Shown in pieces: positions 47,780-57,273 of a DNA stretch of 64,000 nt; position 1 is the stretch's first letter; each line of letters opens with the position of its first letter. Source of the stretch: Occultella glacieicola (GTDB lineage: Bacteria > Actinomycetota > Actinomycetes > Actinomycetales > Beutenbergiaceae); assembly GCF_004353825.1 (NCBI RefSeq), contig NZ_SMNA01000006.1:186001-250000 (forward strand), read 5' to 3'. The notes below the pieces were generated by a model, which had not been told where the DNA came from, did no database searches, and was given only the letters and a program-made list of their open reading frames with translations. The translations under genes and the position numbers were made by a program.

Positions 47780-47793
47780 GTTTTACGCATGAC
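47780..47793. promoter_or_regulatory. LacI-type operator overlapping a TTGCAG -35-like hexamer
   Basis: GTTTTACGCATGAC, identical to 35685-35698. Confidence 0.75.
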
Positions 47794-47881
47794 TCGGTTG
47801 CCTGGGCGTCAGGACCCCATCGGGCTTCCGTGGCCACCGCACCGAGGCGGAGGCGCCGGACCCGGAGACAGGAAGTTCCGG

Positions 47882-50305
47882 ATGCGTTCCATTGCCGCCC
47901 TGGTCGGCGCCGTCGGCCTCCTCGCCGCTGGGCTCGTCGCCGTCCCGCCCGCCCCCGCCGGCCAGGCGATCCCACCGGCCGGGGCGCCCGTCTCCCTCGG
48001 CGAGATCGCCGTGGTGCCGCTCGACGACCGGCCGTTCCCCGCCGTCACACCGCTGGAGATCGCCGCCGCCGGCGGCCACACGGCGATCGCCCCGCCCACC
48101 GATGACCTGGGTGAGTTCTTCACCTATGGCGATGCGGACGCCGTCGGGCAGTGGTGGCTCGAAGCCGCCGCGGAGGCGGACGCCTCCGTCGTCGCGCTGC
48201 CGATGCTCGCCTACGGCGGCCTCGTCGCCTCCCGGGCGTGCGGCACGGACCTGGAGACGGCGCGGGAGCGGTTGAGCGTGCTCGAGGAGGTCAAGACCGC
48301 GAACCCGGACCGGCCCGTCTACGCCTTCGACGTGATCCAGCGCCTGACCATCGAGCCAACCAGCGGCTACCCCGGTTCCTACTCCGGTCCGGTGCGCCGT
48401 TGGGCCGAACTCATGGACCAGGTGGAGAACCTGGGCATGGAGGAACTGCGGGCCGAGTACGAGCAGGTGGCCGCCTCCATCCCGGAGGAGATTCGGACCG
48501 ACTACCTGTGCGCCCGGGCCCGCAACCACCAGATCAACCAGGACATGATCCACGCGGCCGCGGACGGCACCATCGACTTCCTCGTGCTCGGTCAGGACGA
48601 CGCCAGCGCCTACGGCCCGCACCGCGCCGAGAAGGAACGGCTCGCCGCCCTGATCGCCGAGCTCGGCGTCGGGGACCGGGTCAAGATCTACCCCGGAGCG
48701 GACGTGCTCGGTGCACTCCTGACCGCGAAGCTGGTGGTGGAACGCCTCGGCGTGGATCCCTCGGTCGCCGTCGAATGGTCCCGCACCCCCGGCGAGGAGT
48801 GGACCGCGCCGTACCAGGACATCCCTTACGGCGACCTGGTGAACGAGTACATCACCACCCTCGGCGCTGTGCGTTCGGACACCCCGGACGCGGATGTGCT
48901 GCTGATGGCGAACACCTCCGGTGCGGGTTCCCTGCACCCGTTCGTGGACCGGATCAGTGCCGAGGTGGCGCATGGCCGGCTCGTCGCGATCGGCGACGAC
49001 GCCGTGGCCGGGGTGGTCGACCCCGAGCTGATGTCCCTGGTCTCGCCGCGGATCGACCTGGCCGAACTGGGTGGCTGGTCCGGGTGGAACGTGGGCATCT
49101 CGTTGTCGCAGTCCGTGGTCCGGGCCGCGCTCCTCGAGGCGGGCGGGACGCTGCGGGCGGGCGAGGGCCCACGGGACAACCTGGTGCCGCGTCAGCGCGC
49201 GCAGGTGCTCACCGGCGCGGCGGCCGCGCACCAGCGCCTGCTCCTGGAGGAGCTCATCCACACCGACCTCTACCGCAACAACGTGCGGGCCGCCGTCCGG
49301 CAGTACGCCGTGGACCACGGCGACGACCCGCAGTACATGACGCAGGTGTTCGAGGGTGCGAACGCCCTGGCCGTGCAGCGCACCGACGCACTGGCGGAGG
49401 CGCTCTTCGCCGAGGAGTTCGCCGGGGTCTCGATCCGCCTCGGCAGCGACGGGCGCCGCGAGCACACCGCCGTGGTCTCCGCGATGGCGGGCCTGGACCT
49501 GCGCCTGGGGTGGCCGCGCTACCAGGAGCTGGACGTGTTCCCGGACGTGGTGCTGACCGACGAGCCGCCGGCGGATCCTGTCACGCTCGCGCTGCTGCCC
49601 GCACGGCTCGACGTGCGCCCCGGCGAGGCGACCTCGCTGGAGCTGACAGCAGTGCTGCGCAACGACACCGCCGCCCGGGTCACCGCGACCCTCGCCGTCG
49701 CCGCGCCGGAGGGCTGGGCAACCCCGACGCCGGCCTCCGTCCGGCTCGAACCGTTCCAGGTGTTCGAGGTGCCCGTCGAGGTCACGACGGCGGAACTCAC
49801 CCCGGACTCCGACGCGGCGGTCGAGCTCTCGCTCACCCCGCGCGGCGGCACCCCGGTCACGACGACGGCCACCGTGTCCGCCGCGTGGCGCAACGTCGCC
49901 CTGGCCTCCTCCGGCGCGAGCGTGACGGCGTCGGGGTACTGGAACCAGTACTCCCCCGACCGCGCCATCGACGGCAACTCGGCCAGCACCGCGAGCCGGT
50001 GGATCACCGCCGCCGGACCCGCGCACTGGCTCGAGGTCAGGTTCGCCGCCCCGGAGCCGGTCGACACGGTGGACCTGTACCAGTACGGCGGCTACCTGCT
50101 CACCGACTACACGCTGTCGGCGCTGGTGGACGGCACCTGGCAGGACGTCGTCGCGGTCACCGGGAACACCGAGGTCGCCCCGCAGCACACGTTCGAGACC
50201 GTGGTGGCCACCGCCCTCAGGCTGGAGATCACCGGCACCCGCGACGGCCAGGTGCGCCTGTACGAACTCGAGGCGACCTGCCGCACGGCGGGTGCCTGCG
50301 GCTGA
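47882..50305 (+). CDS. Secreted DUF4127-family protein with NEW3/Ig-like and F5/8 type C (CBM32/discoidin) domains
   Basis: Signal peptide; VPLDDRP, MLAYGGLVASR, RARNH, LGQDD, IYPGADV; APEGW; NVALAS...RAIDGN...SRW...RLYELE. Confidence 0.82.
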   Translation: MRSIAALVGAVGLLAAGLVAVPPAPAGQAIPPAGAPVSLGEIAVVPLDDRPFPAVTPLEIAAAGGHTAIAPPTDDLGEFFTYGDADAVGQWWLEAAAEADASVVALPMLAYGGLVASRACGTDLETARERLSVLEEVKTANPDRPVYAFDVIQRLTIEPTSGYPGSYSGPVRRWAELMDQVENLGMEELRAEYEQVAASIPEEIRTDYLCARARNHQINQDMIHAAADGTIDFLVLGQDDASAYGPHRAEKERLAALIAELGVGDRVKIYPGADVLGALLTAKLVVERLGVDPSVAVEWSRTPGEEWTAPYQDIPYGDLVNEYITTLGAVRSDTPDADVLLMANTSGAGSLHPFVDRISAEVAHGRLVAIGDDAVAGVVDPELMSLVSPRIDLAELGGWSGWNVGISLSQSVVRAALLEAGGTLRAGEGPRDNLVPRQRAQVLTGAAAAHQRLLLEELIHTDLYRNNVRAAVRQYAVDHGDDPQYMTQVFEGANALAVQRTDALAEALFAEEFAGVSIRLGSDGRREHTAVVSAMAGLDLRLGWPRYQELDVFPDVVLTDEPPADPVTLALLPARLDVRPGEATSLELTAVLRNDTAARVTATLAVAAPEGWATPTPASVRLEPFQVFEVPVEVTTAELTPDSDAAVELSLTPRGGTPVTTTATVSAAWRNVALASSGASVTASGYWNQYSPDRAIDGNSASTASRWITAAGPAHWLEVRFAAPEPVDTVDLYQYGGYLLTDYTLSALVDGTWQDVVAVTGNTEVAPQHTFETVVATALRLEITGTRDGQVRLYELEATCRTAGACG

Positions 50306-50388
50306 GCCCGCCCGGGCGTGATCCCACACGATGGAACGACACCCGCGCCCGGTTCGAGGGGCACGGGCACGCAGGTAGCGTCCGGTTC

Positions 50389-51291
50389 ATGACCACCACC
50401 GACCACACCCGCACCACCGGCGCCGCCCGCCTCATCACCCCAGCCGACCTCGCCGGGATCGCCGGGCGGCCCGGCGTCGTCATCCTGGACGCCACCTCGA
50501 TCATCCGCCAGCCCGACGGCGACGGGTACTACTCGGCCGACACCGGCCGTGGCCTCTACGAACAGGGCCACCTCCCCGGCGCCGTCTACGTCGACCTCCT
50601 CGACGACTTCGCCGACCGCAGCAACCCCGACTTCTGGACCGCCCTTTCCCCGGAGCAGTTCGCCGAGAAGATCGGCGCGCTCGGTGTCTCCAACGACTCG
50701 ACCATCGTGGTCTACGACCAGGGCCAGACGATGTGGGCCACCCGCCTGTGGTGGAACCTGCGCTACGTCGGCCACGACGACATCCTCGTGCTCGACGGCG
50801 GACTGCCGGCCTGGCAGGCCGCCGGCCGGCCGGTCGAGACCGGCCCCGGGACGGCGCTGCCGCTGGCCACGTTCGTGGCCGACCCCCGCACCGAGCTCTA
50901 CGCCTCCGTCGAGACGGTCACCGCCGCGCTCGGGGACCCGGGTACGGCGCTCGTCAACAGCCTCGACCGCGAGACGTTCACCGGCGAGCGGGTCACCTAC
51001 GCGCGACCGGGCCGGATCCCCGGCTCGAAGCACATCTTCTTCGGCGACCTGGTCGACGCCACCGGCCTCGCCGCCGGGGTGGAGACGGTGCGCGCCGCCG
51101 GCGACGCCGCGGAGGTCATCGGAAGTGACGGCCCGGTGATCGCCTACTGCGGCGGCGGCATTGCGGCGACGTTCGTCGCCTTCCAACTCGCCCGTGCCGG
51201 CCGCTCGGACGTGGCCGTCTACGACGGCTCGATGACCGAATGGGCGAACAACCCCGCGCTGCCGTTGGAGACGGGCGAGCCCGCGTCCTGA
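50389..51291 (+). CDS. Tandem-rhodanese sulfurtransferase (SseA-like)
   Basis: GHLPGAV, ATRLWW, LDGG, GRIPGS, YCGGG, YDGSMTEW. Confidence 0.92.
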   Translation: MTTTDHTRTTGAARLITPADLAGIAGRPGVVILDATSIIRQPDGDGYYSADTGRGLYEQGHLPGAVYVDLLDDFADRSNPDFWTALSPEQFAEKIGALGVSNDSTIVVYDQGQTMWATRLWWNLRYVGHDDILVLDGGLPAWQAAGRPVETGPGTALPLATFVADPRTELYASVETVTAALGDPGTALVNSLDRETFTGERVTYARPGRIPGSKHIFFGDLVDATGLAAGVETVRAAGDAAEVIGSDGPVIAYCGGGIAATFVAFQLARAGRSDVAVYDGSMTEWANNPALPLETGEPAS

Positions 51292-51295
51292 ACCT

Positions 51296-51340
51296 CGGCA
51301 CGGCCCGCCGGCGCCGACCTCGGGGCCGGCGGGGTTGCCG
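51296..51340. terminator. Imperfect hairpin between convergent genes
   Basis: cccgccggc / gccggcggg core stem with cggca / tgccg outer pairing. Confidence 0.5.
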
Positions 51341-51346
51341 CACCCC

Positions 51347-51700
51347 TCACCCGGCTGCGAGCCAAGAATTGGGCGAACGAGCCACTACAGCGGGCCAGCC
51401 TCGGCCAGCAGGGTGGTCGAGGTCGGCGATCAGTGGTCCGATGTACTTCGTGACGACCGCCCACACCGTCTCGTAGTCGATGTCACCGTATTCGTGCGCG
51501 ATGACATTGCGCATGCCGATCATCTTGTGCAGGTTCGGGATCCGGTCCGCTGTCTCGAGGTCGTCGTGGCGGAGACGGACGAGCGCCTCGCCAAGGACCT
51601 CCAGTTGCCGCTCGACTGCGGAGCGCAGGAGCAAGTCGGCGAAGAACTGCTCCTTGGTCACGCCGTCCGTGAACGTGCGTACAGCCTTCGCAGCCCCACG
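51347..51700 (-). pseudogene. HepT/DUF86-type HEPN ribonuclease remnant
   Basis: AVERQLEVLGEAL, GMRNVIAHEY (RX4H), ETVW; N-terminus missing, probable frameshift near 51415, no MNT antitoxin gene adjacent. Confidence 0.75.
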
Positions 51701-51715
51701 ATCGGCTGACCCGGT

Positions 51716-52315
51716 TCAGCCATCGTCGGTGAGGGTCTTGCGCATGATCAGGCGGGGCATCCTGCTCGCGACCGCGTCCGTGGTTCCGACCACGGAGAAC
51801 CCGGCGCGCTCGAACATCGCCCGGGTCCCGACGAACGCCATCGTGGTGTCCATGCGGCCGTCCGGGTCGACCGGATGTGCCTCGACGGCCGGGGCGCCCA
51901 TCCCCGCCGCGTAGGCGAGGGCGCCGCTGATCATCGCGTCGGTGACGCCCTGCCTGCGGTGGCCCGAGCGCACCACGAGGCAGATGATCGACCAGACGGG
52001 CACCTCGTCGATGCGGCGGATGAGTTTCGAGCGCTCGAGTCGGGGGATCTCGGTGCGGGGACTGATGCTGCACCATCCGACCGGCACGCCGTCGCGGTAG
52101 GTGACCACGCCGGGCGCGGTGTCCCGCTCGCACAGGGCCCGCATCGCCCGCTCCCGGCTGCCGCCGCCGAGTTCGTCGATCTGCCGCGCCGGGATCCGGT
52201 GCGAGAGGCACCAGCAGTGCGTCGCCCGACGGGTGGGGTTGATGACGTCGGCGAAATCCTCGAAGCGGTCGGCCGTGACCGGGTGGGTCTGCCAGCCCGC
52301 GCTCACCTGGCTCAT
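51716..52315 (-). CDS. GNAT-family acetyltransferase
   Basis: CWC, VGWCSISPR, WSIICLVVRSGHRRQGV, VEAHPVD, FERAGF. Confidence 0.9.
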   Translation of the reverse strand: MSQVSAGWQTHPVTADRFEDFADVINPTRRATHCWCLSHRIPARQIDELGGGSRERAMRALCERDTAPGVVTYRDGVPVGWCSISPRTEIPRLERSKLIRRIDEVPVWSIICLVVRSGHRRQGVTDAMISGALAYAAGMGAPAVEAHPVDPDGRMDTTMAFVGTRAMFERAGFSVVGTTDAVASRMPRLIMRKTLTDDG

Positions 52316-52325
52316 GGCGCGCCCT

Positions 52326-53669
52326 TCACGATTGTCGGCTCGGTGAGTCGGCGATCTCGCTGACGCCCGACGGCGGCGCCTGCTCCTGGAGGATGGCGGC
52401 GGCCGCTGCGGCGTCCCCGGCCACGTGCCGGCGCAAGGCCGGCAGCACGAGCAGGATCGCCGGCGCCAGGATGATCGCCGCGGCGATGTTCACCGCTCGA
52501 AAGTCCCCAAACGCGAGGATGGGACCGGCGAGCGCTGCCGCGGCGGCGCCAGCGTAGTTCATGCCGGCGTCGGTCGCGCCCTGCAGCGGGATCCGCACCT
52601 CCTCGGAGGACACGGCGGCCAGCAGCGAAGACGCGGAGATGATGCACGCGGACCAGCCGATCCCGAGGATCGTCAGTGCGACCGCGGTGAGGCTGCTGTT
52701 GCCCGCGTCGCCGGGCCCGCCGGTGGCCAGGGCCGCGGCCATGAATCCGAGCGCCACCGCGACCACGAGGGTCACGATGCCACCGATCGCCGTGTGCACG
52801 GCGCCCCACCGGTCCGCGAGCCAGCCGAACACCGGGCTGAGCGCGTACATGCCCAGCACGTGCAGGCTGATCACAATCCCCACGAGTTCCAGCGACATGC
52901 CGTGGTGCTGCATGTGCAGCGGGGTCATCACCATCACCATGACCATCACCGAGTGCGCGCACGCGGTCAGGACCACCGCGAACCGCGCGACCGGGTGCCG
53001 GCCGGCCCAGCGCAGCGCGGCGACCGCCCCCACGGGGTGAGCCGTTCTCGCCGACCCGACGGCCGCCGTCGGGCTGGGTACGGCCGGTGCGGCCACGGGC
53101 CGGAAGAGTACGGCGAGGACGGTCGCCGCGGCGGCGAACGAGATCACGGAGAACAGGTAGACGCCGACCAGGTGCGGCAGCCCGAGGGACAGGCCCAGCC
53201 GGTCCCCGACGGCCGTCAGGTTCGGGCCGGCCACCGAGCCGACCGTGGTCGCCCAGATCACGATGGACATCGTGCGGGCACGGCTGGCGAGCGGGGCGTT
53301 GTCCGCGGCCGCGTACCGCGACTGTAGGTTCACGGCTTGGGCCACACCGAACAGGCCGAGGCCCACGAGCATCACGATCAGCTGGGAGAGCACGGCGGAC
53401 AGGATGATCAGCAGCGCACCGACCACCGCGAACGCGTACCCGAGCGACAGGGCCCACCGCCGCCCACGTCTGGTCGCCATCGCCGCCAACGGCACCGCGG
53501 CCACCGCGGCGCCCAGCACGCTCGCCGCCTGGGCCAGGCCCGCCACGGACGTCCCGCCGAGCTCCTCGGCGAGCAGTCCGCCCACGGCCACCCCGGAAGC
53601 CACGCCGACTCCACCGAGCAGGTTCGAGACGATCAGGACGCCGACGCTGCGGCCGTCGATCCGCGCCAT
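52326..53669 (-). CDS. MFS transporter (12 TM)
   Basis: RRGRR, QSRYAAAD, WATTVGSVAGP, HVLGMYALSPVFGWLADRWG. Confidence 0.9.
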   Translation of the reverse strand: MARIDGRSVGVLIVSNLLGGVGVASGVAVGGLLAEELGGTSVAGLAQAASVLGAAVAAVPLAAMATRRGRRWALSLGYAFAVVGALLIILSAVLSQLIVMLVGLGLFGVAQAVNLQSRYAAADNAPLASRARTMSIVIWATTVGSVAGPNLTAVGDRLGLSLGLPHLVGVYLFSVISFAAAATVLAVLFRPVAAPAVPSPTAAVGSARTAHPVGAVAALRWAGRHPVARFAVVLTACAHSVMVMVMVMTPLHMQHHGMSLELVGIVISLHVLGMYALSPVFGWLADRWGAVHTAIGGIVTLVVAVALGFMAAALATGGPGDAGNSSLTAVALTILGIGWSACIISASSLLAAVSSEEVRIPLQGATDAGMNYAGAAAAALAGPILAFGDFRAVNIAAAIILAPAILLVLPALRRHVAGDAAAAAAILQEQAPPSGVSEIADSPSRQS

Positions 53670-53768
53670 CAGGCGAACTTCCTTCCCAGACGTTTCCATG
53701 GACGGTCCACGGTACTTCTCCCGTCCGACATGATGGTCCGTGCACACGGTCGATCGAGAAGGTGGGGC

Positions 53769-54950
53769 ATGGACTCAGCGGTGGGATTCGACAGTTCGGG
53801 CTTCGATGATCTGACGATCGAGTCGCTGCGCGGGTCGGGCAGCGTGAAGTGGTCCACCTTCCCGGACCGCATCGGTGCGTTCGTGGCCGAGATGGACTTC
53901 GGCACCGCCCCGGCCGTCAGCGCGGCCCTGCACGAGGCCGTGGACCGTGGCGTGTTCGGGTACCTACCGGGCGCGGTCCTCACGCCGATGCAGGAGGCGT
54001 GCGCGGCCTGGTCGCGGACGGTCTACGGCTGGGACGTCCCCGCGGCGAACGTGCGTCCCCTGCCGGACGTGATCAGCGCCCTCCAGGCCGCCATCGAACA
54101 CTTCTGTACACCGGGCTCCCCGGTGATCCTGCCCACGCCTGCCTACATGCCGTTCCTGACCGTGCCGCCGGCGATGGGCCGGGAGATCATCCAGGTGCCG
54201 ATGCTGCGCGAGGCCGGCCGCGACGTCTACGACCTCGACGGGCTCGATGCGGCCTTCCGCGCCGGCGGGAACCTGCTCATCCTGTGCAATCCCCACAACC
54301 CCATCGGCCGGGTCCTCGAGCGGGACGAGATGGAGGCCATCGCCGCGGTCGTCGAGCGGCATGGCGGGCGGGTGTTCTCCGACGAGATCCACGCTCCCCT
54401 GGTGTTCTCCGGGCACAAGCACGTGCCCTACGCCTCGATCAGCGACGCCACGGCCGGGCACACCGTCACCGCCGCCTCCGCCTCCAAGGCGTGGAACCTC
54501 CCCGGGCTCAAGTGCGCGCAACTGATCCTGTCCAACGATGCCGATGTGGCGACCTGGCGCGAGGTCGGCATGATGCCCGAGCACGGCGCCGCGAACCTCG
54601 GCGTCATCGCGAACACCGCCGCCTACTCCGCCGGCGGCCAGTGGCTCACGGACGTGCTGCGCTACCTCGAGGGCAACCGGGACGTGTTGAGCGACCTCGT
54701 CGCCGAGCACCTGCCCGGCGCCGACTGCACGCCGGCCGAAGGCACCTACCTCGCCTGGATCGACTGTCGCGCCCTCGACCTCGGGCCCGAGCCCGGCGGC
54801 TTCTTCGCCGAGCACGCCAGCGTCGCCTTGGTGGACGGCAGCGCGTGTGGGGATGCCGGCACCGGGTTCGTGCGCTACAACTTCGCCACGCCCCGCCCGA
54901 TCATGGTCCGGGCGCTGGAGCAGATGGGGGCGGCGTTGGCCCGCAGGTAG
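53769..54950 (+). CDS. MalY/PatB-family PLP-dependent C-S lyase (cystathionine beta-lyase-like)
   Basis: SVKW, VAEMDF, LCNPHNPIG, SDEIH, SASKAWN, EGTYLAWID. Confidence 0.93.
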   Translation: MDSAVGFDSSGFDDLTIESLRGSGSVKWSTFPDRIGAFVAEMDFGTAPAVSAALHEAVDRGVFGYLPGAVLTPMQEACAAWSRTVYGWDVPAANVRPLPDVISALQAAIEHFCTPGSPVILPTPAYMPFLTVPPAMGREIIQVPMLREAGRDVYDLDGLDAAFRAGGNLLILCNPHNPIGRVLERDEMEAIAAVVERHGGRVFSDEIHAPLVFSGHKHVPYASISDATAGHTVTAASASKAWNLPGLKCAQLILSNDADVATWREVGMMPEHGAANLGVIANTAAYSAGGQWLTDVLRYLEGNRDVLSDLVAEHLPGADCTPAEGTYLAWIDCRALDLGPEPGGFFAEHASVALVDGSACGDAGTGFVRYNFATPRPIMVRALEQMGAALARR

Positions 54951-54963
54951 GGCCGCCTGCCGG

Positions 54964-56439
54964 TCAGTTCAGGGCCGACGTCAGGCGAGCCAGGCCGTCC
55001 AGGAACGTCGCCCTGAGCGGCTCCTTGCGCCACTCCTCGAGGGTGAGCTCACGGCCAGCGTCACGGTAGCCCTGTTCGACCTCACGCATCGCCTCGACGA
55101 ACGACCGTCCGTGCACCAGCAGGGAGACCTCCATGTCGAGGGTGAAGGACCGGATGTCCAGGTTGCTCGATCCGATCACCGCGATCTCGTCATCGATCGA
55201 GAAGTGCTTCGCGTGCAGGATGTAGGGAGCGGGGTAGAGGAAGATCCGCACGCCTGCCGCGAGGAGGGTGTCGTAGTACGAGCGTTGTGCGTGATACACC
55301 AGTCCCTGGTCGCCGATCTCGGACACGAAGAGCTGCACCTCGAGGCCCCGCTGGCACGCCGTGGTGATCGCGTAGACCATGGCCTCGTCCGGTACGAAGT
55401 ACGGGCTCGTGAGAATGACCTTCTCGGTCGCGCCGTAGATGAGCGAGAGGAACAGGCGCAGGTTGCTCTCGGTCCGGTACCCCGGACCGCTCGGCACGAC
55501 CTGGCACATGAGCGCGCCGGGCGAGGTGCTCACGGCGACATCGGCGGCGGGGACGTGCTCGGTGTCTAGTTGCTCCCCGGTCTCGATGAGCCAATCCGAG
55601 AGGAACACGGCGTTCGCGGACGCCACCACCGGCCCCGTCACCCGGGTGACAAGCTCCTGCCACATGAGTCCGCGTTTGATGTTCTTCGCGGAGTCGTAGT
55701 CACGCGAGATCAGGTTCTGCGAACCGAGGAACGCGACCTCGCCGTCGACGACGACGATCTTGCGGTGGTTGCGCAGATCCGGCCGCTGGTACTTGCCACG
55801 CAACGGCATGACCGGCAGCATCCACGACCACGAGACGCCGATGCGGTCGAGTTCGGCGAACGTCTCCTTCGAGCGGGCGACCTTCCTCGACGGGATGTGG
55901 TCGGCGAGGAGGCGCACCGAGACACCGCGCGTCACGGCGCGCTCCATCGCCGCGAAGAAACCCCTGGTCGTGTCGTCCAACGCGACGATGAAGTACTCGA
56001 CATGCACGAAACGCTCGGCACGATCGATCTCCGCGGCCATGGCGTCGATCGACTGCTGATAGTCGCCGTGCAGGGTCGCGACGTTGCCGGCCACGGCAGG
56101 CAGCGCGGTCAACGTTTCGTTCTGCTCCAGAACGCGCTGGAACCATCGGGGCAGGCCGGCAGCGTCGGCGACCACGGCGTCGGACCTTGAGACCCGCTCG
56201 CTGACGATCCCGACGATGCGCTCCTGCTCCTCACGCCGCCTCTTGGGCAGCCGCACGCTCCCGATGAGCAGGAACAGCAGGATGCCGATGAAGGGGATCA
56301 GCATGATTGCGAGCAGCCACGCCATCGCCGCCGTCGGCTTGCGGTGTCGCGGAATGATGATCAGCGCCGCGATCTTGATCGCGAGGTCGATCAGAAACGC
56401 CGCCATCCAGACGAGGTTCGCCGCGAGCACTGGGTCCAC
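54964..56439 (-). CDS. cls: Cardiolipin synthase
   Basis: PLDc_N (AMAWLL) and two HKD motifs (RNHRKIVVVDG, LHAKHFSID). Confidence 0.95.
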   Translation of the reverse strand: MDPVLAANLVWMAAFLIDLAIKIAALIIIPRHRKPTAAMAWLLAIMLIPFIGILLFLLIGSVRLPKRRREEQERIVGIVSERVSRSDAVVADAAGLPRWFQRVLEQNETLTALPAVAGNVATLHGDYQQSIDAMAAEIDRAERFVHVEYFIVALDDTTRGFFAAMERAVTRGVSVRLLADHIPSRKVARSKETFAELDRIGVSWSWMLPVMPLRGKYQRPDLRNHRKIVVVDGEVAFLGSQNLISRDYDSAKNIKRGLMWQELVTRVTGPVVASANAVFLSDWLIETGEQLDTEHVPAADVAVSTSPGALMCQVVPSGPGYRTESNLRLFLSLIYGATEKVILTSPYFVPDEAMVYAITTACQRGLEVQLFVSEIGDQGLVYHAQRSYYDTLLAAGVRIFLYPAPYILHAKHFSIDDEIAVIGSSNLDIRSFTLDMEVSLLVHGRSFVEAMREVEQGYRDAGRELTLEEWRKEPLRATFLDGLARLTSALN

Positions 56440-56571
56440 ACCCCAGAGTGTGGCAGTTCGCGGCGTACCGCAGTCATCCGTTTCAGCGGAGATTCGCCGG
56501 GGGCGACACCGCCCCGGGCGGGCCTCCCGGTTCCCGGTCAGGGTCAGGAGGTGCCGGTGGTGCGCTCCTGC

Positions 56572-57111
56572 TCACCGACGGCGCGGGCTGAGGAACCGGT
56601 GCGCGTCGACCGGCACGGCGCCGCCGGGCACGGGCGCCGGGTGGACGAAGCGACCGTCGTCGATCCACCCCTGCCGTTCGTAGAACCGGCGGGCAGCCGT
56701 GTTCCCGGTCGCCACGGCCAGCCAGGCCCGGTCGTGGCCCGCCGCGATCACCGCCCGTTCGCCCGCACGCAGCAACGCCGAGCCGATGCCGCCTCCACGC
56801 GCGGCCCGGTCCAGGTACAGCTGGTCGACCTGGTCGCCCTCGATCGTCACGAACCCGATGACCGCGCCGGCCCGTTCGGCGACGACCGTGTCCGTGAGGA
56901 CCTCGGGAACCCGTTCGAGGAACGAGGCGGCGGTCCGGGCCTCGACGAGGGCGGGCGGCACGTGGCCGAGGTGGGCGTCGGCCCATCCCTGCCCCCAGAT
57001 CCGGGCGATCTCGGCCGCGTCGGGAGGACCCGCCGGCCGCAGTTCGACGGCGCCACCGGCCGGTTCGGGAGCGCCGTTCTCCCCCGGCCCGCGTTCGGAT
57101 GACATCGTCAT
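56572..57111 (-). CDS. GNAT-family acetyltransferase
   Basis: QLYLDRAARGGGIG, NTAARRFYERQGW. Confidence 0.88.
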   Translation of the reverse strand: MTMSSERGPGENGAPEPAGGAVELRPAGPPDAAEIARIWGQGWADAHLGHVPPALVEARTAASFLERVPEVLTDTVVAERAGAVIGFVTIEGDQVDQLYLDRAARGGGIGSALLRAGERAVIAAGHDRAWLAVATGNTAARRFYERQGWIDDGRFVHPAPVPGGAVPVDAHRFLSPRRR

Positions 57112-57273
57112 GACAGGCCCCTTCTCGGCAGTCGGAGGCTGACGTGCAGTGTGGCACCGGCGTCGGGGATGTTTCAAGAAGCCCGGTGACGCGACGGTCG
57201 CACGGCCTCAGCTTCGGCTGAGGCGCCGAGGGCAATGGCGGCCGGGTCCGTCGCCGACGAGTACCCTGCCACG

